The notes under the pieces are model-generated. The model was not told the origin of the DNA. It saw nothing but the letters and a program-made list of their open reading frames with translations, and made no database searches. Below, in pieces: positions 51,632 to 62,346 of a stretch of DNA of 64,000 bases. This stretch comes from an uncultured Holophagales bacterium (GTDB lineage: Bacteria > Acidobacteriota > Thermoanaerobaculia > Multivoradales > UBA5704), in assembly GCA_963842525.1 (NCBI GenBank), contig CAWJGT010000003.1:1856001-1920000 (forward strand), written 5' to 3'. The translations under genes were made by a program, and so were the position numbers. Every line of letters begins with the position of its first letter. The stretch's first letter is position 1.

Positions 51632-53944
51632 TCAGGGATCCTTGTCGAGTCCCGCGATCAGGCGGTGATATCGGGCATCCGCACGGAGCCCCAGCAGCTC
51701 CGGGTCGTTCTTGACCTCCTCAACGGGCAGGTCGGCTCGCAGCGCCCGCTCGAGCGCTGCGAGCGCCTTCACACGCTGAGCGCAGACCTCATAGGCGACG
51801 GCCATACGGAACCGGGTGGTCGCTTCCTTGCCGGAGAGAGGTTCGAGCTTACCCAACTCCACCAACGCCTCGGCGAGGTCTCCGCGTTTGGCGAGGTACA
51901 GCGCCAAGCGGCTGCGGAGGGTCTGATCACCGGGCGTCGAGCGCAATTGTTCCTTGACGATTTGGATCGCCGTGAGGTACGCCTCGCGCGACCTTTCCTT
52001 CTTGTCCGGAGTCCAGCGGCATGCGTCGCCCAGATTGCCCCAGACCATGTAGTTGTTCGAGCCGCCCGGCATGTCGAGAGCCTTCTCGAAGGCCTCGACG
52101 GACTGTTGATAGAAGCCTTGAGAGAAATGGATCGTCCCGAGGTTGGCATAGAGAGTTGCATCGGATCGAATCTGGAGGGCCTTCTGGAACTGGGAGGCGG
52201 CCTCCGACAGATTCCCTTGCGTGTAATAGGCGACGCCGAGATTCCGGTACGCGATGAAACCGTCCGGAGCCAGCTCGATGCTCCGGCGGAAAGCCGCGAT
52301 GGCCTCATCCGCCCGGCCCATGCGCACGTAAAGCTTGCCGAGCCCATCGAAGTTCATCCTGTGAGGCTGGACCTCCGTCGCCTTCTTGAATGCCGCTTCC
52401 GCCTCTTTGAGCTTCCCCTGGGATTCGTGGATCCTGCCGCCGGCGTAGTAGGCATCGCCATTGGCCGGCTCGAGGACGAGAGCCCGTTCGATGTGCCGCA
52501 GGGCTTCATCGGGGCGCCCCGCGGATTCGAGCGCCAGTCCCAGGCTGACCTGCGCGGCGGCGAGATAGGGATCCAAGGTAACGGCGCGCTCCGCCATGGG
52601 TAAAGCCCGCTGCAGCCAGATCGGGTCCCGGCTGTCGCCTTGGAGCTTGAGCCAGTAGGCTTTCGCGAGCCCTGCATGAGCGGCCGCGTGTGTCTCGTCT
52701 TGGGCCAGGACCCTTTGGAAGCTGTCGATCGCGCGGTCAAGGTTCCCTTTTCTGTCGAACCGATCGAGATCGGCCAGCCCCTGTTGGTAGAGGGTATACG
52801 GCGTGGGCTGGACGAGCGGCGAGCTCAGCAGGTAGAAGGCGACGGTCGCCACGATCAAGAGGAGGGCGATCCCTGCCGCAGTGCGGATGCTGCGGCTGTG
52901 AGCTCTGTGCAGCGCACTCTCCTGGCCCGGCGGACCGTCCAACGACCGAGCAGGCTCGGCGGCGACATAGAGAGCGGCCGGCATGGGCTGACCGGCGGTG
53001 CTCGCGCGCGAGAACAGTGCCGGGGCCGGACCAGCCGGCGGCGCCTCGAAGATGGTCTTTTGATCGGACGGATCGACCTCACCGCGAGAGACCTGTGCTC
53101 CCGCCCAAGAGCCCGGTTGCGCTGCGGCAATCTGATCCAGCGCGACAGCCACTTCCACCGCGCTGCCCGGCCGATCGACCGGCTCCTTTTCCAGAAGCCG
53201 ATCGATCAGGTCCGAAAGCTCGTGCGGCACTCTGGGGCGGAGGCTCGACGCGGGTCGCTGCCGGAAGCTGCAGACGCGCGCGAGTGTGGCCGATGCGGTA
53301 TCGGCCCGAAAGGGTGCCACGCCGGTGACCATCTCGTAGAGAAGCGAGCCGAGGGAGAAGAGATCCGACCGGGCATCGAGGGGCAGCCCCATGGCCTGCT
53401 CGGGTGACATCGCGTAGGAGGTCCCGATGACCACGCCCGGCGCCGACAAGGTCGTCTCCTGCGCTTCGGGCTGGATCTGCTTGGCCACTCCGAAGTCGAG
53501 GATCTTGGCACGCCCGGCGAGGGTCACCATCACGTTGGGGGCCTTCAGATCCCGGTGGATGAAGCCGTGGGCATGCGCCTCGGCGAGCCCTTCGGCGATC
53601 TCGCGGCCCAGGCGCAGGGCATGCTGAGGATCCAGCGGACCTTCCCGCAGGAGCGCCTGGAGCGTCTGTCCGTCCACGAGCTCCATGACGATCCAGTCGC
53701 CTGCCTCCGTCTCTACGATGTCGTAGATGTGGACGATGGCTGGATGGTTCAGGTGCGCCACCGCTTCGGCCTCGCGGCGGAAGCGCTCCCTGCGGTTCGG
53801 ATCCTCGGTGGCAGCCGGGAGGATCTGCTTCAGGGCGACGGGGCGTTTCAGGCGTTCGTCCAAAGCGCGCCAGACGGCTCCCATGCCCCCGGATCCCAGG
53901 GGATCGATCAGACGGTACGGACCGATCTTCTCGTTGGACTGCAT
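51632..53944 (-). CDS. Membrane Ser/Thr protein kinase with C-terminal TPRs
   Basis: GSGGMG; VALK; HRDLK; DFG; YAMSPE; one TM helix; TPR array. Confidence 0.92.
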   Translation of the reverse strand: MQSNEKIGPYRLIDPLGSGGMGAVWRALDERLKRPVALKQILPAATEDPNRRERFRREAEAVAHLNHPAIVHIYDIVETEAGDWIVMELVDGQTLQALLREGPLDPQHALRLGREIAEGLAEAHAHGFIHRDLKAPNVMVTLAGRAKILDFGVAKQIQPEAQETTLSAPGVVIGTSYAMSPEQAMGLPLDARSDLFSLGSLLYEMVTGVAPFRADTASATLARVCSFRQRPASSLRPRVPHELSDLIDRLLEKEPVDRPGSAVEVAVALDQIAAAQPGSWAGAQVSRGEVDPSDQKTIFEAPPAGPAPALFSRASTAGQPMPAALYVAAEPARSLDGPPGQESALHRAHSRSIRTAAGIALLLIVATVAFYLLSSPLVQPTPYTLYQQGLADLDRFDRKGNLDRAIDSFQRVLAQDETHAAAHAGLAKAYWLKLQGDSRDPIWLQRALPMAERAVTLDPYLAAAQVSLGLALESAGRPDEALRHIERALVLEPANGDAYYAGGRIHESQGKLKEAEAAFKKATEVQPHRMNFDGLGKLYVRMGRADEAIAAFRRSIELAPDGFIAYRNLGVAYYTQGNLSEAASQFQKALQIRSDATLYANLGTIHFSQGFYQQSVEAFEKALDMPGGSNNYMVWGNLGDACRWTPDKKERSREAYLTAIQIVKEQLRSTPGDQTLRSRLALYLAKRGDLAEALVELGKLEPLSGKEATTRFRMAVAYEVCAQRVKALAALERALRADLPVEEVKNDPELLGLRADARYHRLIAGLDKDP

Positions 53945-53963
53945 AGAGTGGAGCTGCTTGATT

Positions 53964-55598
53964 CTAACGCAAGGGCTGTGAAAAGGAAGGGCGGAGCCCA
54001 AGTTTCTTGATCCGCCTCTTCAGTCCCTCCGCCGAGACCTCGAGCTGTGCCGCCGCCTCGACCAGGCGGCCTCCGCTCCGCAGGAGCGCCTGCTCGATTT
54101 CGGGGCGCTCCAGGTCGGTGGCCTTGCGGGTACGGGAGCAGGCATCGATCAGGAGGTAGAGGGCGGCGCGTGAGATCCCGAGCTGCCCGGCCGCGGCCAC
54201 CGGCTCCCAGCGGTTCGCCCGCAGAGCCGCCACGAGCTCGTCGTCGGAGACCTCCTGGGGGCTGCGCCGGCGAGGGCCAGGCGCTCTCGGCGGCACGGTC
54301 TCCGGCGTGGGCAGGGCTCTGGCCGGCGGCCGGGTCTCGCCTGGGTACGGCACGAGGAGCCTCTCGATCTGCGAGCTGATGCGTACCTGGGCGGACCCGC
54401 GGCTCTCCACGGCGATGGAGCGGACGATATTGCGGAGCTGCCGGATGTTGCCGGGCCAGTCGAAGAGGGCCAGCCGGGCGACCAGAGAGGCGGGGAGCCA
54501 GGGCCGGCCCTCCGGGCCGGAGTCGGTGAGGCGGTGGGCCTCGCCCAGGGCTTCGAGCTCGCGGTGAAGGAAGTGGAGGAGCAGGCGCCCGATGTCGTCG
54601 CGGCGCTGGCGCAGAGGAGGAATGCGGATCTCATAGCCGCTCAGACGGTGGAGCAGGGGTGCGCGAAAGCGGCCGGAGGCGATGGCCGCCTCGAGATCGG
54701 AGTCGGTGGCCGCGATCGTCCGGACATCGACCCGCTGAATCTGCTCCGTCCCGACGGGCTGGATCTCGCCGTTTTCGAGTGCCCGGAGGAGGAGCGGCTG
54801 GACCTCCGGCGGGACCTCGCCGATCTCATCGAGGAAGAGAGTCCCGCCGTCGGCGCGGCTGAAATAGCCCCGCCGCTTCTGGTCGGCTCCGGTGTACGCC
54901 CCCTTGGCGGCTCCGAAAAGCTCCGATGCGGCGAGCGACGCTGGGATGGCACTCATATTGATGGCGAGATAGGGACGGTCGCGCCGCGCGCTCGCCTGGT
55001 GGATTGCCTGAGCCAGCAGCTCCTTGCCGGTGCCCGTCTCGCCGCGCAACAGCACCGGCACCTCCAGATCGGCGATCTGGCGGATCTGCTGGCGCAGCTC
55101 GAGTATCGGCTCGCTCTCGCCGATCAGGCCATAGCGAGGGAGGCCGGGCTCGATGACCGGCCGGAACCGGTGGAGGAGGAGGGCAACCCGGTTCGCCAGG
55201 AGGAGAACGACGCCGCGCTCGATCTCAGGATCGGTGAAGACCCGCTCGCCATGGATAGGCTCTCCTTCGGCGATCACGGAAATTGGTCTGTCCTGACAGG
55301 CCAGGCGGATTCCTCCAGCCGCTTCGGGCAGGAGGACCAGCGGGCGGCGGCTCAGGTGAGGATCTGCCAGGGGTTGCCGCCACGAGTCGCCGGGCTGGGC
55401 GAATGCGGGCTCGAGGCGCGACAGCCGCTCTTCACGGCCGGAGGACAGATCGAGAAGCGCAGCCCTCTCACCGACCCGCTGGATGTCGGGATGCGCCAGG
55501 ATCGTCAACCCGAGGACGGTGGGAGACGCCAGCTCATGCCGGCCGCTCCCTGAGCGGGTCTCGGCGTCCCGCCAGGGTTCACTTCTTTCGAAGGGCAC
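53964..55598 (-). CDS. sigma54-dependent enhancer-binding protein
   Basis: GETGTGKE; SELFG..GAYTGA; LFLDEIG; WPGNIRQL; two C-terminal HTH-like segments. Confidence 0.92.
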   Translation of the reverse strand: MPFERSEPWRDAETRSGSGRHELASPTVLGLTILAHPDIQRVGERAALLDLSSGREERLSRLEPAFAQPGDSWRQPLADPHLSRRPLVLLPEAAGGIRLACQDRPISVIAEGEPIHGERVFTDPEIERGVVLLLANRVALLLHRFRPVIEPGLPRYGLIGESEPILELRQQIRQIADLEVPVLLRGETGTGKELLAQAIHQASARRDRPYLAINMSAIPASLAASELFGAAKGAYTGADQKRRGYFSRADGGTLFLDEIGEVPPEVQPLLLRALENGEIQPVGTEQIQRVDVRTIAATDSDLEAAIASGRFRAPLLHRLSGYEIRIPPLRQRRDDIGRLLLHFLHRELEALGEAHRLTDSGPEGRPWLPASLVARLALFDWPGNIRQLRNIVRSIAVESRGSAQVRISSQIERLLVPYPGETRPPARALPTPETVPPRAPGPRRRSPQEVSDDELVAALRANRWEPVAAAGQLGISRAALYLLIDACSRTRKATDLERPEIEQALLRSGGRLVEAAAQLEVSAEGLKRRIKKLGLRPSFSQPLR

Positions 55599-55630
55599 GC
55601 AACAAGTCTAACCGAGGGCTCGGAAAGACT

Positions 55631-58195
55631 CTACCAGGGCGGCGGCGTGCCCTCCGCCTCCGCCTCCACGTCCTCGCCCTCGCCGCCTTCGTCCTGTTCA
55701 GCCGCCGGCGGGGCCGGCTCCTCCTGCGGTCCGGGTTGGGACGGGGCGGCGCCCGGGGGGGCCGTCTTGCCGGGCATGTTCTCTCCCTCCTTGGGGATGT
55801 AGAACGCCTTCTGCTGGTACCAGGGGAGGCTGTTGATCGTCTGCCACTGGGAGCTGACCTCCTTGGCGGGCTCGGTGCCGGCGACGAAAGCCTCCTGGAT
55901 CGTCCTGCCACCGCCCTTGGCCAGCAGGCCGCTGTAGTACTCGATGTCCTTGAGCTGGACGCCCGGCGGCACCGGGAACGGCTCGTCCTTCTTCATCCAG
56001 CCGTTCTCGATCCCGTCCTCCGCGATCATCTTCCACATCGGCAGCGCAGCCACCGCGCCGCTCATCCCGTAGCCGAGCGGCTTCTTGGCGTCGTAACCGA
56101 TCCAGGTCAGGATCGTGTAGCGCGGCGTAAAGGCCACGAACCAGGCATCCGTGAAGTCGTTCGTCGTGCCGGTCTTGCCCGCGATGTTGATCGGCAGGCG
56201 CTTCAGCTCGTACGCCGTGCCGTGGTCGATCACGCCCTCCATCATGTGCGTCAGCACATAGGCGGTCTGCGGTGTCGTCGAGATGTAGGAGGCGGGGAAG
56301 TGCCGCTCCATCACGTGACCGTCCGGACCTGTCACCGTTTCGATCAGGTAGGGCTCGATGTGCGTGCCCAGGTTGGCGATCGTTGCATAGGCCGCGGCCA
56401 GCTCCATGGGCGTCAGGTCGGCCGCGCCCAGGGCGATGCTCGGATAGTTGGGCAGGCGCGAGCGGATGCCGCAGCGGTAGGAGAAGTCGATCACCCGCCG
56501 GCCGTTCACCAGGTCCCAGAGCTTGACCGCCGGGACGTTGATCGACTGCTCCAGCGCCCGCCGCAGGGTGACGATGCCGGCGTGCTTCTTGTAATAGTTC
56601 TCCGGCCGGTAGCTCATCCGGCCGTCGGCGCCCAGGAAATAGGTCGGCGCGTCGAGCAGCGTGTCAGACGGAGTCCACCCGGCCTCCAGGGCCGCGCCAT
56701 AGACGAAGGGCTTGAACGCCGAGCCCACCTGCCGGCGGGCCTGGGTGACGCGGTTGAACTTGTTGCGCTCGAAGTCCCAGCCGCCCACCATGGCGCGCAC
56801 CGCGCCGGTCTGGTTCTCGAGCACCACCGCAGAGGCCTCCATCCGGGGCTCCTGCTCCAGCATCAGACGGGGCGTGGCAGGCTGCGCCGGCGCATCGGCG
56901 GCCTTCTTGTCCCCCTTCTTCAGCTTCGGCTCCGGAACCTCGAGGCGGAACCAGGCGACCGCGCCGGGCTTGAGGACATCGTCCGGCTGCTTGCGGCGGG
57001 TCCAGGAGATCCCCTGGGCGTCGAGCGTGTAGACCTCGGACCCGATCTTCACCTGCGCGGTGGTCCGCCCGGATTCCAGCACGATTCCCTGATACCAGCG
57101 ACCCGGCACCGGCTTGCCGCTGCCCCAGGTGGGAAGCTGCTGTGAGGCCAGGTCCTCCGCCTTCAGGGTGGCGATGGGCCCGCGCCAGCCGCGCCGGTGG
57201 TCCATGCGCAGGAGCCAGCTCCGCACCGCCTTCTCGGCGGCGCGCTGGATCTGCGGATCGAGCGTGGTCCGCACCTGCAGGCCATCTTCGTAGAGGGCGG
57301 TCGCGCCGTACTTCCCTTCCAGGTACTTGCGGATGTCCTCGGCGAAGTAGGGGGCGGCCCTCTGCTCGGCCTGCTGCGTGGCCACCAGCAGCGGCTGGGC
57401 CAGGGCTTCCTCATACTTGGCCTGGCTGATGAACCGCTCCTCCAGCATCCGGCGCAGGGCGCGGTTGCGGTTCTTGAGCACCTGGTCGGGGGTGCGGTAC
57501 GGGCTGTAGCGGCTCGGCGCCGGGATGATGCCGACCAGGGTCGCCGCTTCGGCCAGAGTCAGCTTGGCGGCCGGCTTGCCGAAGTAATAGCGCGAGGCCG
57601 CCTCGACCCCGTAGTTGCCGTGGCCGATGTTGACCAGGTTCAGATAGAGGGTGAGGATCTGCTGCTTGCTGTAGTTCTTCTCCAGCTCGACCGCGACGAA
57701 GGCTTCCTCGATCTTGCGGCGCCAGGTGCGCTCGCGCGACAGGAACAGGCTGCGGGCGAGCTGCATGGTGATCGTCGAGGCGCCCTCGACCACCCGGCCG
57801 GCACGCAGATCGGTCAACGCCGCGCGCGCGACGCCCATGGCGTCGACCCCGCCATGATGGAAGAAGTTGCTGTCCTCGGAGGCGAGCACCGCTTGTTGGA
57901 GGATCGGCGGGATCTGCTCGGCCTTGAGCATCACCCGCCGTTCGCGGGCGAAGGTGGAGAAGACCGAGCCGTCCCGGGCGAAGAGCTGGGTCACCAGGCT
58001 GGGCGTGTAGCCGGCCAGCTTGGCATCGACGCGCGGCACGTGGATGGCGGCGGCCACGGCTACGCCGCCGATCGCGCCGACGAGCAGGGCGATGAGCACG
58101 GGCACGGTCCAGCGGATCAGGCGGCGCATCGGACGCTGGGCGCCGGGCCGGGGCGGGGCGGAGGAACGGGCGGCGGACGGCGGATCGTATCTCAC
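55631..58195 (-). CDS. Penicillin-binding protein 1A (start GTG 58195 or ATG 58129)
   Basis: EDSNF; GASTITMQL; RKIEE; SAFK; SIN; KTG. Confidence 0.93.
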   Translation of the reverse strand: MRYDPPSAARSSAPPRPGAQRPMRRLIRWTVPVLIALLVGAIGGVAVAAAIHVPRVDAKLAGYTPSLVTQLFARDGSVFSTFARERRVMLKAEQIPPILQQAVLASEDSNFFHHGGVDAMGVARAALTDLRAGRVVEGASTITMQLARSLFLSRERTWRRKIEEAFVAVELEKNYSKQQILTLYLNLVNIGHGNYGVEAASRYYFGKPAAKLTLAEAATLVGIIPAPSRYSPYRTPDQVLKNRNRALRRMLEERFISQAKYEEALAQPLLVATQQAEQRAAPYFAEDIRKYLEGKYGATALYEDGLQVRTTLDPQIQRAAEKAVRSWLLRMDHRRGWRGPIATLKAEDLASQQLPTWGSGKPVPGRWYQGIVLESGRTTAQVKIGSEVYTLDAQGISWTRRKQPDDVLKPGAVAWFRLEVPEPKLKKGDKKAADAPAQPATPRLMLEQEPRMEASAVVLENQTGAVRAMVGGWDFERNKFNRVTQARRQVGSAFKPFVYGAALEAGWTPSDTLLDAPTYFLGADGRMSYRPENYYKKHAGIVTLRRALEQSINVPAVKLWDLVNGRRVIDFSYRCGIRSRLPNYPSIALGAADLTPMELAAAYATIANLGTHIEPYLIETVTGPDGHVMERHFPASYISTTPQTAYVLTHMMEGVIDHGTAYELKRLPINIAGKTGTTNDFTDAWFVAFTPRYTILTWIGYDAKKPLGYGMSGAVAALPMWKMIAEDGIENGWMKKDEPFPVPPGVQLKDIEYYSGLLAKGGGRTIQEAFVAGTEPAKEVSSQWQTINSLPWYQQKAFYIPKEGENMPGKTAPPGAAPSQPGPQEEPAPPAAEQDEGGEGEDVEAEAEGTPPPW

Positions 58196-58250
58196 GGCTT
58201 CATTATAGAGGCGGTCTGGTGATACAACCTTGTCATTCCCGGAGGCGCGC

Positions 58251-58706
58251 ATGACCGAGCCCACCGTCCCCCCGCCGCCACCCCCCTCTCCCTTCCAGCC
58301 GGAGCCGATCCGGCCTGCCCGCGGCGGCTGTCCCAAGCCTCTGCTGATCGGCTGCCTGGCCGCCGTGCTCCTCGGCGGAATCGTCCTGCTGGGTGGCTTC
58401 TATTACCTGGCGAAGAACTACGGCAAGCTGATGGTCTGGTCCTTCGACCGCATCGAAGAGGGGACCAAGGCCGCTCTCCCGTCCGACCTGCCGGCGGACG
58501 AGCGCCAGCGCCTCGACGCGGCGTTCGTCGCGGCCCGCCGGGCTGTCGAGGCCAGCGTCAAGACGCCCGAGCAAGCGCAGCAGATCCAGCTCCAGATGAT
58601 GGACATCACCCGGATGAGCCAGGACGGCCGCGTGACGCGGGAGGAGGTCCGGCAGATGACCGAGGTCCTGGAGAAGATCGCGGGGACCGGGAGCGGCGGG
58701 ACGTAG
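58251..58706 (+). CDS. Hypothetical single-pass membrane protein
   Basis: GGAGG RBS; one TM helix; host-like codon usage. Confidence 0.7.
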   Translation: MTEPTVPPPPPPSPFQPEPIRPARGGCPKPLLIGCLAAVLLGGIVLLGGFYYLAKNYGKLMVWSFDRIEEGTKAALPSDLPADERQRLDAAFVAARRAVEASVKTPEQAQQIQLQMMDITRMSQDGRVTREEVRQMTEVLEKIAGTGSGGT

Positions 58707-58723
58707 ACATGGGTCGGCCCGGC

Positions 58724-59416
58724 GCTGACTGCGGTCGGGACGATGGTGACAGCGCCCAGCGGCTGGCCGGCCGCGATCCGGATGACGCTGACCGCGTGGA
58801 GCGGCTTGCTGACTCCGGTCCGCGAGCTGCCGACCGCGATTTGACTCTCGTCGACCACGATCTGGATGGCGCCGGCAGCAGTCAGTGAGCCGCTGACCAC
58901 GAACACCGGGCCGTCGACCGGGGACAATGAGGCGCTGACCGCTGTCATCGCGACGCTGACCGCGGTCCGAGAGCCGTTGACCGCGGTCGACGCGACGTTG
59001 TATGCGAACATTTAAGCGCTGGCTTCGAACGAAAGGCCGCTGTACGCGGTCAGCGAGGCGCGGAACGCAGTCAGAGAGATGTTGACTGCTGTCAGCAAGC
59101 TGTTGACCGGGGTCCGAGAGCCATTGACCGCAGTCAGAGAGGTGTTGACCGTGGTCAGTGGGCCGTTGACCGCGGTCCATGCGATCCAGACTGCTGTCAG
59201 CGTGGCGCGGAACGCGAACAACGTGACCCTCATCGCGAACAACGAGCCGCTGACAGCAGTCCGCCCGCCTGCGGCCGCAGTCAACGGAACCCTGAACGCG
59301 GGCAACGCCACGCCCATCGCGAACAGCGGCATCTGAAGAGAATACGACGAGCCGCGACTCGCGGTCCGCCCATAGCCGAACGCAGCCAGTGCGACCCTGA
59401 TCGCGGACAATGAGGG
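58724..59416. repeat. 33 x 21-nt degenerate tandem array with palindromic core
   Basis: Consensus near GCTGACCGCGGTCAGCGAGCC; register kept without indels across 693 bp. Confidence 0.85.
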
Positions 59417-59487
59417 CTCGAACGGAGTGGAGGGACGTAGGGATTTCGGCTCTGCCGATGTACGATCTCGTCGAGAGGAGCCAGGAA

Positions 59488-59727
59488 ATGGTCAGGAGCT
59501 ACACAGCCCGGTACACGAAGATCGAGAGTGGATACCTGGGCCAGCTCATCGAATGGCCGGAGGTGGTTACGGAAGGGGCGGACATTGAAGACTGCCGCTC
59601 GATGCTGCGGGATGCCCTCCACGAGATGATCCTCGCCTACCGGCAGCAGAGCAGGGAGATCCCCATCGGAAACGACCTCTTCGAGCCGGTCAGCGTCGAT
59701 CTGGATCATGTCCGTCAAACGGCGTGA
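59488..59727 (+). CDS. hicB: HicB-family antitoxin
   Basis: YTARY...WPEVVTEGADIEDCR..LRDAL. Confidence 0.82.
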   Translation: MVRSYTARYTKIESGYLGQLIEWPEVVTEGADIEDCRSMLRDALHEMILAYRQQSREIPIGNDLFEPVSVDLDHVRQTA

Positions 59728-59896
59728 CCTGATCAAGTACCTGGAGGAAAACGGCTTCCACCTCCTCCGGGAGGGGGCCAACCACTCCATCTACACCGAC
59801 AAATCGACGACCATCCCCGTCAAACGACACCGGACACTTGACCGCATTACGGCGAACGAGATCTGCAAGCAGGCCGGGCTTCGGCCCAAGTTCTGA
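59708..59896 (+). CDS. hicA: HicA-family toxin
   Basis: KRRDLIKYLEENGF..REGANHSIY...ICKQAG. Confidence 0.88.
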   Translation: MSVKRRDLIKYLEENGFHLLREGANHSIYTDKSTTIPVKRHRTLDRITANEICKQAGLRPKF

Positions 59897-59898
59897 CG

Positions 59899-61981
59899 GT
59901 GGTCCTTCTCGGTACAGACCTTCCGCACGGGGATCCGTTTCGCCTTGGCTCCCTGGCGGCCCGTCTCGGAGAATGGCCGCTGCTGCTCACTCTTGTGGGT
60001 CGGCAGCTCCAGGAATTGGTCAACGAGGACGGGCTTTCCCTGGGGCAGGCTCTCCAGGATGTCGAGAGTGCTCTCCAGGCCGGAGGACTGACGGCTTTCG
60101 ACCGGGAGGACACCAGGAGCCGACAACGGGCGGTGGCCTTGACCCTGGAGGCCAGCCTGGCCCGCCTGGCTGAGGCAGACCATCGGCGCTATGGCGAGCT
60201 TGCGATCTTTCCTGAGGACAGGGATATCCCCCTGTCGATTTTGGAGCGTCTCTGGGGAGCGAGGCCCTTCGAGGTCCGCAAGCTTTGCGAGCGGCTGCGT
60301 GGCCTCTCGCTCGATTTCTCCTATCTGCGGGCGAAGCTGAAGGCCACCGATATCAGCGCGCTGTTCGCGGACTATGCGCCGTGGAGTCGAGAGGACTGGG
60401 AGCTGAGGTTGATCGAGAGCGCCTTGCGGCTTTCGGCCCACGCCCTGACCGAAGACCCGGAGCAACTCGCGCCGCAGTTGCTTGGCAGGCTGCTGGACCG
60501 GCCGGAGCCCGGTGTTGTGCGTCTTCTTCGGGAAATCGACGAGTCGCATCGACTTGTCGGGTTTCGGCCTAGAAAAGCAAGCCTCGCGCCTCCCGGCGGC
60601 CCGTTGGTCCATACCCTCAGTGGTGCCGGTCACGTGACCGCGATTGCGGTTTTGGACGGCCGGCGGGCCGTCGCGGGCTCAGAAGACGGGAAGCTCCGGC
60701 TGTGGGACCTGGAGAGTGGTGAGATCCTGCGGACTCTCGAAGGGCACGCCGCTGAAGTCAGTCACTTGACGGTGCTGAGCGGGGGACGCCTCCTCTCAGG
60801 CTCCTGGGATGGGACGGTACGACTCTGGGATACAGACGAGGGTCGAATCCTTCGTACGTTCGAGAGCTCACTCCCGGACAGGATCAGTGCGCTGGCGGTC
60901 GTGGGGAACCGATGGATTCTCTCATGCTCGATCCTGGGGATGCTGCACCTTCTGGACATGGGAAGCGGCGAGACTCTGCAAGAGCTTGGTGACCCGGCGG
61001 ACGGGGGGACCACGGCACTGGCAGCGCTGGATGAAAGGCGGGCGGTCTCAGCCACCGAGGACGGAGTGTTGGTCTTGTGGGATGTCCAAAGTCGCACGGC
61101 TCTACGCGTTTTCCAAGGTGCCGTCCGTGGAATCACGGCTTTGGCGGTGTTGAACGAAGAGCGGGTGCTTTCGGGTTCGGCGGACGGGAATTTGACTCTG
61201 TGGGACCTGAAGAGCGGCAGGGAGCTCGAGTTGCCGAGGCCACACGGGCGAGATCACGGGACTGGCGTGGTTGAGCGGTCAGAGAGCGATTTCCGGCTCG
61301 CGGGATGGGACACTGCGGTTGTGGGACCCGGAGAAGGGGGAGACCCTTCGCAGGTTCGAAGGTCACACACTTGGTGTCTCTGCTCTTGCAGTATTGGATG
61401 GCGGACGTGCCGTCTCAGGCTCGCTGGACGGCACTCTCCGGGTGTGGGATCTCTCTGGCAGAGAGACTCCTCGCAGCCTAGAAGATCATCCCGACTATGT
61501 TACCTCGCTGGCGTTCCCGGATAGTACCCAAGTCCTGACAGCATCTCGGGACGGCTCGTTCCGGTTGTGGTACTTGGAGAGGGGTGCGCTCCTACGCGCT
61601 TTTGACAGGGCTGCCACCGGAGGCGTTTGGGCACTGACGGCCTTAAGCGGCCGGCGCATCCTTTCGAACTCGGAGAATTGGGCGCTCCAAGTCTGGAATC
61701 TCCAAACCTTACAAACTCTCCGTGCTCTCGTGGGCCACAGCAGCAGGGTCATGGCCTTGTCGGTTATGGACGAGCGACACGTTGTCTCAGGCGCGTTGGA
61801 TGGAACTCTGAAATTGTGGAATGTGGAAAGCGGCGAAATAGTCCGGACCCTCGTGGGCCATACCAACTCGGTCATGACTGTGGCGGCGGTGGAGGGTCAG
61901 CTCGCCGTTTCAGGCTCTGACGACGGGACACTCCGGCTTTGGGATCTGAAAACCGGCCAGATGGGCGGCGGGTCGGCATAG
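59899..61981 (+). pseudogene. Decayed APAF1-like (NB-ARC-type helical + WD40) gene
   Basis: WPLLLTLVG, LAIFPED, SALRLSAHAL..QLLGRL; WD40 repeats; no P-loop; frame break near 61240. Confidence 0.75.
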
Positions 61982-62346
61982 ACGAAGAGGTTCTTCGGGC
62001 GGGCCAGGGCAGAGTCGAGAAGGCCAGGGTCCCGGAGGCCCTCCGTGCCCCCGTGCTCGGCGATCAGCATCCGGTGGACGGTCAGGACGACCTGCGTCAG
62101 GAGCCACTCCGGCTCGGAGCTCGACTTGGCGAGCTCGTGCAATACGTCGCGGTGCTCGCGCATCACGCGCTCGGCGGCTCGTACCTGGCGCACAAAGCTC
62201 TCGTCGTAGGGCGTGATTTGGAAGCCGTCCGGGGTCTCAACGAGGTAGAGCGTGTCTCCCTTCTTCACCTTCAGGCGCGTGAGTACCTCCTTGGGCAGCA
62301 CCACCCCGGTCGAGCTTCCTACAGTTGTCAGCTTGAGAGCAATCAT
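61897..62346 (-). pseudogene. AbrB/MazE antitoxin fused to truncated Doc (Fic) toxin
   Basis: LTTVGSSTGVVLPKE...LHELAK reads into HGG..GLRDPGLLDSALARP; HPFxDGNKR absent. Confidence 0.75.

Noticed and set aside
58724-59416. CRISPR array
   Set aside because: No constant repeat with unique spacers, the 21-nt period is too short, and there are no cas genes; the same applies to 37499-37778.
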